Below the pieces are notes generated by a model, which saw only the letters and a program-made list of their open reading frames with translations, ran no database searches and had not been told where the DNA came from. A stretch of DNA of 64,000 nucleotides from positions 736,001-800,000 of the forward strand of contig JBPOGI010000002.1 in the NCBI GenBank assembly GCA_051251855.1. The letters run 5' to 3'. This stretch comes from Roseibacillus sp. (GTDB lineage: Bacteria > Verrucomicrobiota > Verrucomicrobiia > Verrucomicrobiales > Akkermansiaceae). This document shows, piece after piece, positions 1-9,484 of this stretch. A program made the position numbers and the translations under genes. The stretch's first letter is position 1, and each line of letters opens with the position of its first letter.

Positions 1-73
1 TGTTCGGGGCTGAATGGGGCGTTGGAAGGGATGAGCATGATTGAAAGTGCGTTGTTCTTGTCGGAGTTGGAAT

Positions 74-97
74 GCGGAGCTGGTGCTCCGCGCTCCC
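74..97 (-). repeat. REP-like palindrome (GGAG + GC-rich hairpin)
   Basis: Minus strand reads GGGAGCGCGGAGC-ACCA-GCTCCGC just after the nirA stop; same architecture as the other intergenic hairpins listed. Confidence 0.5.
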
Positions 98-105
98 TTT
101 AGGCT

Positions 106-1872
106 TTAGGCGGCTTTGGAGTGCTGGGTGTCCATGAGGGACTTGAGGTCTTCGACTTCGTGGCGGCGAGTGAATTGAGCAAAGGTTTCGCGTTCGGTGC
201 GGTGGGCGAGGTAAGTTTTCAGAAGGCTTTCGAGGAGGGAGGGGATTTCACTATAGGGAATGCCTTTGAAGGCTTCCTTGGCGACGTATTGGTCGTCGTC
301 GACTCCGCCTCCGAGAACGATGTTGTAGCCGTCGACCTTTTCGCCACTCTCGAGTTTGACCTGCACACCCATCATACCGATGTCGCCGATATAGTGCTGA
401 GCGCAGGAGTGATTGCAGCCGGTAAGGTGAATGTTGATGGGCTGGTCGAGTTCGACACGGGTTTCGAGATGTTTGGCAAGTTCGACGGAGTTTCCCTTGG
501 TATTCGTTGCTGCAAATTTACAACCGGTGTTGCCGGTGCAGGCGATAAGTCCACCTGAGATGGAAGTTGCGGTATAGTGGCAACCGGCGGCGACGATGGC
601 TTTCTTGGCGGCGTCGACTTGGTCATCGGGGACGTTGGGGATGATGAGGTTTTGCCAGACGGTGAGACGGATTTCGCCTGTTCCGTATTGGTCTGCAATG
701 TCGCAGATTTGGTCGACGGTGTCGACAGGAGTGCGTCCCACTGGGATGACGACGCCGATGTAGTTACGGCCATCCCTTTGTTTATAGACTCCGAGGTGTC
801 CATGTTTGACTTTGGGTCTTGGGACTTCGCAGGTTTCGAGGGGAAGGTGGCGCAGTGGGAAGGTGAGTTTTTTGCCGGTCTCTTCGAGGAGCTTGGGGAT
901 GCCCCATTTGTCGACCAAGTATTTGAGGCGGGCCTTTTTACGGTTAGTGCGGTCGCCGTTCTCGATGAAGACGCGGAGGATGGCGGCGGCGACGGGGATG
1001 GTTTCTTCTTCGGTGAGCAGCACTCCCGAGTCGGTGGCAAACTGCTTGTGGCCGGTAATGCCGCAGAGTTGCATGCGGAAGTAGACCCCGGGAGCGAGTC
1101 CATCGGTTTCTTCGGTGAGGCGGACGGCGTAGAAGGCGATGTCGTTGGTGTCGGCGCAGACTGAAATGGCCCCACCGGAGTCGAAGGAGATATTGAACTT
1201 GCGGGGCATTCCGTAGAGGTCGCGGTTGTTGAGAATGGCGTGATGCATGCCCTTGGCGAGGGGCATGACGTCGAGGAGCTCGTCCTTGTCGAAGCCGGTG
1301 GTGGGGGTGGCGGTGACGTTGCGGACATTGTCGGCGCCAGCTCCCCGAGAGGTAAGCCCTAGGTCCACAAGTTTGTCTAAAGTGGCAGGAAGGTTGGGTG
1401 GCATCAGTTCGCGGACCTGAATGTTTCCCCGAGTGGTAATGTCGCAGTAGCCACCGCCCCAGTCGCGGGCGATTTCGGCGAGGCCGCGGAACTGATAGGT
1501 TGTGAGGATACAGCCAGGAATGCGGGCGCGTAACATGTAGGACTCTTGCGCGGGAGTGACATAGAACATGCCATAGAACTTGAAACGGAAAAGGTCACCG
1601 CCTTCGACGAACTTGTTCTCGCGAGCATGTTCGAGAATACTGTCGTAGCAATCGAGGCCGTTTTTCTCGTGTTTGATCCGCTCTTCTTTAGAGAGATCAT
1701 CGACAGGGGTGCCGTAGACGGTTTCTTCTTGAGGAACGGCGAGAGAGGGGTCGTTCGTGAACTGGCCGCTGGCGTTCTGACCGAGATAAGGAAGCCCCTC
1801 GGACTGCACTTGCTTGAGGCCTTCCATGAATCCGGAGAGGTAACCTGTTTGTTCGGCGGTGAATGCTTCCAT
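106..1872 (-). CDS. nirA: NirA-family siroheme/[4Fe-4S] ferredoxin-nitrite reductase
   Basis: Motifs [32 protein letters not shown] and [12 protein letters not shown] (siroheme/FeS ligands). Start placed at MEAFT (1872), just downstream of the promoter motifs. Confidence 0.9.
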   Translation of the reverse strand: MEAFTAEQTGYLSGFMEGLKQVQSEGLPYLGQNASGQFTNDPSLAVPQEETVYGTPVDDLSKEERIKHEKNGLDCYDSILEHARENKFVEGGDLFRFKFYGMFYVTPAQESYMLRARIPGCILTTYQFRGLAEIARDWGGGYCDITTRGNIQVRELMPPNLPATLDKLVDLGLTSRGAGADNVRNVTATPTTGFDKDELLDVMPLAKGMHHAILNNRDLYGMPRKFNISFDSGGAISVCADTNDIAFYAVRLTEETDGLAPGVYFRMQLCGITGHKQFATDSGVLLTEEETIPVAAAILRVFIENGDRTNRKKARLKYLVDKWGIPKLLEETGKKLTFPLRHLPLETCEVPRPKVKHGHLGVYKQRDGRNYIGVVIPVGRTPVDTVDQICDIADQYGTGEIRLTVWQNLIIPNVPDDQVDAAKKAIVAAGCHYTATSISGGLIACTGNTGCKFAATNTKGNSVELAKHLETRVELDQPINIHLTGCNHSCAQHYIGDIGMMGVQVKLESGEKVDGYNIVLGGGVDDDQYVAKEAFKGIPYSEIPSLLESLLKTYLAHRTERETFAQFTRRHEVEDLKSLMDTQHSKAA

Positions 1873-1888
1873 GGCTAGCATCCAGCTC

Positions 1889-1905
1889 AGCGCGAAGTGG
1901 GCCAA
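1889..1905 (-). promoter_or_regulatory. sigma54-like -24/-12 element upstream of nirA
   Basis: Minus strand TTGGCCCACTTCGCGCT = GG-N10-GC; recurs at 7 island promoters. Confidence 0.6.
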
Positions 1906-1930
1906 GTCTGGTAAACACACAAATTCGACA

Positions 1931-1945
1931 ATGAATTTGATTCAT
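1931..1945. promoter_or_regulatory. LysR-type operator palindrome ATGAAT-N3-ATTCAT
   Basis: ATGAAT-TTG-ATTCAT; fits T-N11-A / AT-N11-AT; six copies in the island. Confidence 0.75.
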
Positions 1946-2316
1946 GTTAAAGATGCGCCGAGATTCGCTCGGCTCATTCTGGATGGGGTTAGCGAGTCTT
2001 GACTGAGATAGTTCCGTCGTCTCTATCAGTGAGGCTATGACGAGATGTTCCAGAGCTAGTGTCCCACGACATTAATTTTGTGACATTGGTTTTCTTTTTG
2101 ACCTTTGGGAAAAGCCTCCTTCCGTCGGACAGAAGAATGAGCTTGAGGCTTTTTTCCAATAACTGCGTTGTTCGTCAGTCATGAATCCCGATTCACTCCT
2201 TCCTCTCGCCTTGTTCTTGAAAAAAATCCTCTTCGCCAATACCACAAATTTAATCTCGTGAGTCACTAGGAGCTCCAAGGGCTTTCTTTGTCAAAGCCGC
2301 GCCTAATCGATGGTGG

Positions 2317-5300
2317 CTATTCTGTTTCTATCCTAATGCGGAAGAAAAGTTTTTGTTCTTCGGCGGTCGAGAAAGGTTGAGTGCTGCGCCAAGTGATGAA
2401 TTCGGTGCCATCGCCTTGATTCGCGGTCTCGGTCATGAGCACGTCGTCGTCCATTGAGGACCAGTTGACTAGGTCCGTAGAGACCTCAGAGAAAAGAAGG
2501 AGGTCACCGGCGTTGAGGTTTCTCTGAATGACAACAGCGGGGAAGTCTTGGAGAAGGCCGTCGACGAAGTAGTTCCCGAATCCGAAGGATTCCAAAAGGC
2601 AGTGGCCGCTGTTGGGGTCGTTGGGGTCGGTGCCGTTGGCATATTCGAAGTAGTCGGAAATACCGTCTCCATCAGTGTCGATGGTTTGGTCTCCGCTCAG
2701 ACTATTAGCGAGGAACCAGTCTTCCCAAGAGGTGCCGTCTGGTCCTCCGGGGTTGCCGTTGAAGGAGGGGTGAGCGCGCCAATTGGTGGGGATGCTGTGG
2801 TCCGGGTTGGAGGTTTCGATGTTGAGAACAAGGCTGTAGCCTTCGCCATCTGCCGCAGTGGGCCAGGGGATGACTTCGTCGTAGGTGAAGTCTTTGATAA
2901 CCGCGTCGGTGGAGTCGAGGAGGGTGATGCGCTCGCCAGAGTTGTTGAGATTCCCGGTGTATTCTCCCGCGATGAGGCCGGGAGCGACACTGGGATAGCG
3001 GTCGGTGAAGGCGGCTAAGTTGCTGACGACGACGACGCGCTCTCCGGGAGCAAGCTGGATGACGTTACTTTCGGTGAAGTCAAAGGTGATGCCGTCGGTG
3101 AATTTCGTGCCGGTGAGCTCGATGGGGTCGGTATCGGAGAGATTGAGCAGTTCGATGAATTCGTAGTCATCTTTATCAGTGGAAATGTCTGCAGCGGTGC
3201 CTACGGGATTGTAGTGGAGCTCAGAAATGACAAGGTTGGTAGCTGAGCCCGCGACACCAACAATGAACCCAAAGTCATTCAGAGCACTCCATGTGGAGGT
3301 GGAGGGGTTATAGACTCGCGATTTAACCCGTCCGCTCTGGGTAAGAGTGGCGGAGCCATTGGAAATATTGGCGTTCGAATTAACGGTGCCGCCGACGAGG
3401 CGAGGATCGGAACCGTCGGTGGTGTAGTAGACGATGCCCGAGCTGTTGGGGTTGGTGATCCCGAGGTTGAATCCAACGACTGCCGCGCCTCCGTTTTGCG
3501 AGTAAACGGGGGCGTCGATGAGGGGATAGAGAGGTTTAGAGCCATCATGATTGTAGGCTTGGAGTTGGGCGACCACGGTTGCGTTGCGTCCGATGCCGGT
3601 GGTTTGTTGGCTGATGCCCGCGTTTACAAAATTGAGGACGTCTTGGTAGGCATCGAGCCAGGTGTTGTGCGTGAAATTACCTCCCCAGCGGGCGAGTTCG
3701 GAGCAGATGGCTTCGGTGATGGTGTTGTAGCGGGAGTTGACGCGGTCGAGCGCGGCCGCATCGTCAAAGGCTCCTCCGTTGAAAAAGTGTTTGTGGACGC
3801 GGTCCGCGAAGGCAATGCGATATTCTTCATTCCAAGCGAGGTCCTCATGCATGTATTGGGGATTGCTTCGGTCAAAGCTGGAAGGGGGGCGGTCGGTGTA
3901 GATATCTCCCCAAGGTCCGACGCGGTTGTCGCTGTCGTCGATACGTCCACCGTTGCCGGCTCCCATGGAATGCTCTCCGTCGTGGACAAAGAAGCGAAAC
4001 CCATCCGTTCCATTGCTATCGCGCATTCCGAACCAGTTGTTGGAGGCACGAACAAAGGTGGAAAGTGCGGAGTCGTAGCTGCCAGTGTAGAAGATGGCGA
4101 GCATGTAGTCCGCAAGGTTGTCGACCTCCAGAAGGTCTGGATTGGTGGCGGGGTTGGGGTGAGGGGAGATGCCGTCGGAGTCGAGGCCTTGGATGGCGAA
4201 GTAGGCGGCGTTGTCGGTGGGACTGGCTCGCAGGGCACGGACCTTTTGCCAGAGGTCGAACCACGCGCCGTTGACGTCGCCATCGGTGGCTTCGGTGGTG
4301 TAACCGGCTGCGCTGGCTGCGGACTTGATGACGTCGTAGTCGTTTTCCTGGCCGCCGAGGTAGGTTTCTCCGTAGGCGGCTTCCGCGCGTTCTTGAGACA
4401 TAAAGAGGCCCCAATAGACGCCGTTGATGTAAAGTTGGTAATAGCGGCTGCGGGTGTAGGGCTGTTCCATGTCGCGCTGGGCGTCACGGCCGTGGATCTC
4501 GCGCAGGAAGGTGTTCTGACTGCTATTGTCTTTGGACCATGAGTAGTTCTGTGCGGTGCGGAGGTCGAGTCTTTCGAATTGAGAAGCCCCTTCGTCTTGG
4601 AACATGGGGTATTCGAGGTCTCCTTCGTAGTCGTTGGTGAAGTAGAAGCGGAAGGCGTGTTTGGGGTTTCCGCCAGAGCGGCTGGCTCCTCCGCGGATGC
4701 GGACTCCGCATGCGATTTGGAATTGGCCGGCTCCGAGTCCGCTTTCGTTAAGGAGTTCTACGGAGCAGGTGCGCTGCCAGCCGGCGCCGCGACTGGAGGC
4801 GTTGGAATTGATTCCGGTGGCAGAGGAGGAGAAGTCATCCTGCTCCATGACGAGTGAAATGGTGGGGATGTCGACGAGGCCGCTAATGATTTCTGGGTCG
4901 GTCACGCTGCCACCATCCATGCCGTATTCGTAGGATTGTCCGTTGACGTCGCTGGCAGGGAATCCGAGCGAGACGGCGTGGTTCAGATCCTGAAGAGGAA
5001 CGTCATTGGGGAAGATATAGGTGTGGGTGTCGACGTTGGTGGGTGCGAAGTCGGTGAGGAAGGCCGCCGCTCGAACGGCGGTGGTTTCCGAGATGAGGAA
5101 AGGGCTGGTGAAGACTTGGCCATGGTTGGCGGTCGGTTCTGAACCATCGGTGGTGTAGCGGATCTCTGCGGCTGGGTTTTCAGTCGAGATAGTGAGGAGG
5201 AAAGGAGTATAGAAAATTCCTCGATCGATATCAAAGCTGGTGTCGCCCAAGAAGCCTTGCACGCCGCCGAAATTAGAACCACCGGGGGTGGGCAAGGGCA

Positions 5301-7824
5301 TGTAGCCAATTTCTTGTTGCTCGCCCCAAGCGCCGTAGGAGGCATCTGTTTCTTGGGGTGGATAGGCTGGTTGGAACTCGTGGACCAGTTCATAGCCGCC
5401 GTTGCCATCGTCTTTATAAAGGCCGAGGTATTCACCGCCGCTGGAGAGCTTGAAATTGGTGTGAAACTCGTCGATGCCGAAGGTGGTGTTTTTGTCGGAG
5501 GCAAAGAGGACAAGGAAGCGACCATTTTCGAGCGAATACGAGGGGATCGCGTATTTATTGGGGGCAGAGATATCGTCTGTGAGATAGTAGCCGGCGAGGT
5601 CAATGGTTCCGCCACTTCCGTTGTAAAGCTCGATCCAATCCGATGAGTCGTCCTCGGCGTCATCAAGGGTCCTGTCGTTACTCGCCATGAATTCATTGAT
5701 GACGACATCGTCGGTAGGGATGGGGTTCTGAACTCCGGTGACTTCGAACTGGGTATTGATGCCGTTTCCGTCGAGAAAAAAGACCTCGGCGGCGTGACCA
5801 CCAGTAGCTTCGAAATGGACGTATTCAATGGGGTAAGAACCGACTGCAAGATTGATGCTGCCATTGCTGGTTATCGGGCCATGGGTGTCGTCGTCGACGA
5901 TGACATCTTGGCCATTGATACGCAGACGGCCCCCGTCGTCGTTGTTGATTCCAAAAGTGTATTCGCCGGGGGTGTTGACGATGAGGGTGGCGGTAGCTCG
6001 GAGGACAAAGTGGTCGAGGTTGGGGCCTAAGGGGGCGATGATATCACCGGAAAACTCGCCACTGTTTCCAGGGCCGTAGTTGATTTCATCCACGAAAGTG
6101 GTGGTAGCTTCGGCAAGGACATTATTGCCTGCCAGTAAGTCGTCAGCGGCCGCTAGTGTGTTGACCGTTCCGGAGGAGGTACGTTGGAGGACGGTCCACT
6201 TATCGGTGTCGATGCCGATAGCCGCCAGAATGGAGACAGATACGTTAGCGGTGGTCTGGCCGAAAGTGTTCGTGGCAGTGAGAGTATAGGTGGTCGAGGA
6301 GTTAGGAGTATCACTCGCGGTGCCAGAGGAGGCGTTGACTGATCCGATGTTGGGAGAAATTTCTACCGAGTCTGCGTCGCTTACCGACCAAGAAAAATCG
6401 ACCGTTTCGCCGAGAGCTGGAGTGCCATTATCGACAACGAACGAAGCGATGGTAGGCGGAGACCCGGTGGTGACTGTTGCGGAGGTAGAGGCCGAACCGG
6501 AAGGGTTTGTAGCAGTGATGGTGTAGGTGGTATCGAGAGAGATGTTTTCGACGAGGAGGGAGCCGTTGCCATTTTCATCAGTTTCCGCGAAGACGTTTCC
6601 AATGCCTGGAGAAATGCTGAGGGAGGAGCCTCCAGTGCTGGTCCAGGTGAGGGTACTTGAGCCTCCGATGGCAATACTCGCTGGAGAGGCGGAGAGGGTG
6701 ACGACGGGGGGGACGTCGACATAAACTGTTACGTCGGCGCTGGTGCTGTTAGGGCCGTCAGTGCCGGTGAGGGTGTAGGTGGTGGTGGCAGGAGGCGAGA
6801 CAGTAAAGGAGGTCTGACCTGTCACGTTCACCGGCGAAGGGCCGCCAGTGAGAGTGAGGGTGGTAAAGCCAGAGGCAGTCCACTCTAGGAGGCTATTCTG
6901 GCCGCCGGCAATGTAGTCAGGCGAGGCGGTGAAGGAATCAATCTGAAGCTGGGAGTTAACGAGACCACTTCCGGTATCGCTAAAGGCAAAAAAGTCAGCT
7001 CCTCCCCCAGGATTCGAGGCTGCATAGGTCCACGTGTCGGACCCAATTTGCAAATCTCCTCCTGCCGCGCCTAAATCGTGATGGTTTCGCAGTTGATTGA
7101 AGGTGCCGAGGTCGTAGAGAAAATTAGGATCGGTGGCGAGAGCGTAGAGAGAGGCCGCCTCTTCGTCGACGAAGGGCTCGTCGAAGATGCCGACATCATC
7201 GATGCCACCCTTCCATTCCCGGAGAGCGCTCACTTCAGGGTTGGCTCCGATGAGGAGGGAGAAGCGATTGTTGGCGTTCCCTTCATTGAGTCGAGGGGTG
7301 TTGGTATCGGTCTCAACGAGCACGCCATCTACATAGAGCCGGGCCTCTACGTCGTCATCTGTGACGCCGAGGATGTGGTGCCATTGGCCATCGTTGACGC
7401 TCCCTCCATCGAGGTCTCCATCCCCTCCGTAGTAAGCAATTTGGGAAGAGTTGCCGCTGCGTCGTGCGATGCGATACTCATCGCCATCACCCTTGGAGAG
7501 GACAGTTTGCCAGCCAGTGTCCCAAGCATCGACCTGAATCCAAACGGAAACGGTGAGGCTATCCAGCCTTCTTCTGGTGTCGCCGCTGTCATCGATGTCG
7601 AGATAGTTTGAGCCTGTAAGACGGAGGCCATCGCCAAACACTCCTGGAGAGTAGTTGGATGCACCTACCCAGGTAGCAGTATCGTCGTTGTTGCCTGCGG
7701 AGGCCGAGTCTGCCACGGAGGAACCATTGGTTGATTCCATTTGCCAGTAACCAACGAGGGCATCGGCGAGGCAAGAAGATGCCAAGGCAGGGAGAAGTGA
7801 GAGTAAGACTAGGGTTTTGTACAT
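2317..7824 (-). CDS. Giant secreted multidomain protein: LamG, Ig/PKD-like repeats, PA14, lamin-tail domains, FN3-associated domains, CotH kinase-like domain, C-terminal DxDGDG-EY repeat and FFR-type tail
   Basis: Signal peptide; LamG (GQWHHI...LYVDG...GGIDDVGIF); three TTYTLTAT repeats; PA14 (YTFGINNDDGGRLRING); LTD (VVINEFMASN...DWIELYN; LVISELHYNP...EFIELLN); IRYTTDGSEP; CotH-like LYINGVYWGL...SNNWF...HDGE. Confidence 0.85.
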   Translation of the reverse strand: MYKTLVLLSLLPALASSCLADALVGYWQMESTNGSSVADSASAGNNDDTATWVGASNYSPGVFGDGLRLTGSNYLDIDDSGDTRRRLDSLTVSVWIQVDAWDTGWQTVLSKGDGDEYRIARRSGNSSQIAYYGGDGDLDGGSVNDGQWHHILGVTDDDVEARLYVDGVLVETDTNTPRLNEGNANNRFSLLIGANPEVSALREWKGGIDDVGIFDEPFVDEEAASLYALATDPNFLYDLGTFNQLRNHHDLGAAGGDLQIGSDTWTYAASNPGGGADFFAFSDTGSGLVNSQLQIDSFTASPDYIAGGQNSLLEWTASGFTTLTLTGGPSPVNVTGQTSFTVSPPATTTYTLTGTDGPNSTSADVTVYVDVPPVVTLSASPASIAIGGSSTLTWTSTGGSSLSISPGIGNVFAETDENGNGSLLVENISLDTTYTITATNPSGSASTSATVTTGSPPTIASFVVDNGTPALGETVDFSWSVSDADSVEISPNIGSVNASSGTASDTPNSSTTYTLTATNTFGQTTANVSVSILAAIGIDTDKWTVLQRTSSGTVNTLAAADDLLAGNNVLAEATTTFVDEINYGPGNSGEFSGDIIAPLGPNLDHFVLRATATLIVNTPGEYTFGINNDDGGRLRINGQDVIVDDDTHGPITSNGSINLAVGSYPIEYVHFEATGGHAAEVFFLDGNGINTQFEVTGVQNPIPTDDVVINEFMASNDRTLDDAEDDSSDWIELYNGSGGTIDLAGYYLTDDISAPNKYAIPSYSLENGRFLVLFASDKNTTFGIDEFHTNFKLSSGGEYLGLYKDDGNGGYELVHEFQPAYPPQETDASYGAWGEQQEIGYMPLPTPGGSNFGGVQGFLGDTSFDIDRGIFYTPFLLTISTENPAAEIRYTTDGSEPTANHGQVFTSPFLISETTAVRAAAFLTDFAPTNVDTHTYIFPNDVPLQDLNHAVSLGFPASDVNGQSYEYGMDGGSVTDPEIISGLVDIPTISLVMEQDDFSSSATGINSNASSRGAGWQRTCSVELLNESGLGAGQFQIACGVRIRGGASRSGGNPKHAFRFYFTNDYEGDLEYPMFQDEGASQFERLDLRTAQNYSWSKDNSSQNTFLREIHGRDAQRDMEQPYTRSRYYQLYINGVYWGLFMSQERAEAAYGETYLGGQENDYDVIKSAASAAGYTTEATDGDVNGAWFDLWQKVRALRASPTDNAAYFAIQGLDSDGISPHPNPATNPDLLEVDNLADYMLAIFYTGSYDSALSTFVRASNNWFGMRDSNGTDGFRFFVHDGEHSMGAGNGGRIDDSDNRVGPWGDIYTDRPPSSFDRSNPQYMHEDLAWNEEYRIAFADRVHKHFFNGGAFDDAAALDRVNSRYNTITEAICSELARWGGNFTHNTWLDAYQDVLNFVNAGISQQTTGIGRNATVVAQLQAYNHDGSKPLYPLIDAPVYSQNGGAAVVGFNLGITNPNSSGIVYYTTDGSDPRLVGGTVNSNANISNGSATLTQSGRVKSRVYNPSTSTWSALNDFGFIVGVAGSATNLVISELHYNPVGTAADISTDKDDYEFIELLNLSDTDPIELTGTKFTDGITFDFTESNVIQLAPGERVVVVSNLAAFTDRYPSVAPGLIAGEYTGNLNNSGERITLLDSTDAVIKDFTYDEVIPWPTAADGEGYSLVLNIETSNPDHSIPTNWRAHPSFNGNPGGPDGTSWEDWFLANSLSGDQTIDTDGDGISDYFEYANGTDPNDPNSGHCLLESFGFGNYFVDGLLQDFPAVVIQRNLNAGDLLLFSEVSTDLVNWSSMDDDVLMTETANQGDGTEFITWRSTQPFSTAEEQKLFFRIRIETE

Positions 7825-8067
7825 CTTGATTGGTTTTTTGGGGGCTGGGGGGCTTCCCTGCCAAAATCTTTACAACAAAGGTCGACCATGACCAGCGTAA
7901 GTCAACGTGGAAAAGGTGGTGGTTTTCTTTTGTAACGAACTCTCTCTGAGTGCGTCACATCATTGTCTTGTCCGAATGCGTCGGGATGAGATCCTTTGTG
8001 ATGAGATGCCATTGTTATTTCTAACGAGCTCCCTGCTCATTAGAATGAGCTTTGCAGGAATGATGGC

Positions 8068-9483
8068 TTAAAGTCCTCGGAGTTCTCTCGTGGCGTCGCC
8101 GATTTGCTTGGTGGGCGCGCCAACGCGTTTGAGCATGCCGTGGTAGAGGCTGGCGAGCGGGGTTCCGTCGCCAGCGTCGAGATGACGACCAGTCTTTAGT
8201 TGGCCATTGGCTCCTCCTCCGAGGATGATGGGAATGTCCTTGGTTGCGTGTTGGTTACCGTCGCGGATACCCGAGCCAAAGAGGACCATAGAGTTGTCGA
8301 GGAGGGTGGCGTTTCCTTCCGGAATGTCCTTCATGCGCTGGAGCATGTATGCGTATTGCTCGGTGTGCCAGGTGTTGATCTTTTGATACTGATCGAGTTG
8401 GCCCTTGTTGTTTTTATGATGAGAAATGGAGTGGTGAGAGCCATTGACGCCTTCGAGAAAGGAGAAGTTTTTCCCTGACACGGCGTTGCCAAACATGAAT
8501 GTCGAGACGCGCGTGGAGTCAGTCCAAAAGGCAAGGACCATGATGTCCATCATGAGGCGGACGTGTTCGGTGGGGTCGAAACGTTGGAGCGAGCCAAAGT
8601 CGCTTTTGCCCGAGCTGCCTCCTGCTTTATCGATGCGCTTGTTGAGAATTTCGAGTTGCTTGAGGGCCGCCGGGGTGAGGTTTTGACCAGCTCCGAGTTG
8701 GGAGGCTTCGTTTTCGATGCGACGTTCGACTTCGCGCAGGTTTTCGAGGTATTGATCCAGTTTATGGGTGTCTTCGTTTCCAAGGGAGCGCTTTAAGCTC
8801 TTGGCGTCTTCGAGGACGATATCGAGAATCGATTGGTCTTCGTTGCCGTTAGATGAGCGTCCTCCGGCTTTGTTTCGATTGCGGAAAATACGGTCGAAGG
8901 CCACGCGGGGATTGATTTCGCAGGGGAGGGGGACATCGGGCTTTTTCCAAGAAATGTGAGAGCCGTAGAGTCGGGTGAGATTGACGTTGCGGTCGATGCC
9001 TGAGCTGACGGGTTGAGTGCCGAGTTCCATCGAGGGAAGGCGTGTTTCGCGGCCGATGGCTTCGGCGGCGATTTGGTCAATAGAGATTCCGTTGGCACTG
9101 ACGTTCGAGCCCACGGTCTTTTCGATGGTGGTGCAGGTCAACCAGCTGGCGGTTTTGTAATAGTGACCGTCGCCCTTGTGAGAGGGTTTGTTTGTGAGGC
9201 CACTGATGACCGTGATGTCATTCTTGAGCGCTTCGAGAGGCGAAAGAATGGGAGAGAGCTCATAGCTAGTACCGGTTCCCTTGGGGGTCCACTTGTCGGG
9301 GCGAACGCCATTGGGCATGAAGAGACAAGCCATTCGGACAGGGTCACTGGTGGCTGCGCCGGGAGCCCCCAGAGCGCTCATGGGACGCATTGCTTCGAGG
9401 AAGGGGAGCGCTAAAGTGGCACCCATGCCTTTGAGGGTTTGTCGGCGTGAGAGTTGCCAGCGATTGGATTGGATGTTGGCCAT
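8068..9483 (-). CDS. DUF1552 (HXXSHH) family protein with Tat-like signal
   Basis: N-terminal SRRQTLKG twin-arginine motif, LALPFLEAM, FMPNGV, HHSISHH, TLLDNSMVLFGSG. Confidence 0.85.
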   Translation of the reverse strand: MANIQSNRWQLSRRQTLKGMGATLALPFLEAMRPMSALGAPGAATSDPVRMACLFMPNGVRPDKWTPKGTGTSYELSPILSPLEALKNDITVISGLTNKPSHKGDGHYYKTASWLTCTTIEKTVGSNVSANGISIDQIAAEAIGRETRLPSMELGTQPVSSGIDRNVNLTRLYGSHISWKKPDVPLPCEINPRVAFDRIFRNRNKAGGRSSNGNEDQSILDIVLEDAKSLKRSLGNEDTHKLDQYLENLREVERRIENEASQLGAGQNLTPAALKQLEILNKRIDKAGGSSGKSDFGSLQRFDPTEHVRLMMDIMVLAFWTDSTRVSTFMFGNAVSGKNFSFLEGVNGSHHSISHHKNNKGQLDQYQKINTWHTEQYAYMLQRMKDIPEGNATLLDNSMVLFGSGIRDGNQHATKDIPIILGGGANGQLKTGRHLDAGDGTPLASLYHGMLKRVGAPTKQIGDATRELRGL

Positions 9484-9484
9484 G

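Noticed and set aside
2072..2278. 68-aa ORF between nirA and the giant gene, and the ATGAAT-CCCG-ATTCAC sequence at 2181
   Set aside because: No recognisable homology. The palindrome has a 4-nt spacer and lies about 300 nt from nirA, so it was not counted as a box.
3496..4542. Long antisense or alternate-frame ORFs (also 30689-31696, 31703-32635, 36734-37774, 61589-62305 and many S/P/T-rich frames)
   Set aside because: Products of codon bias on the real coding strand; low-complexity translations.
7931..7969. GTAAC/GTCAC/GTCTT half-sites roughly in 11-bp phase upstream of the CotH gene
   Set aside because: Too degenerate, and lacks the TGTGAC-N6-GTCAC form.
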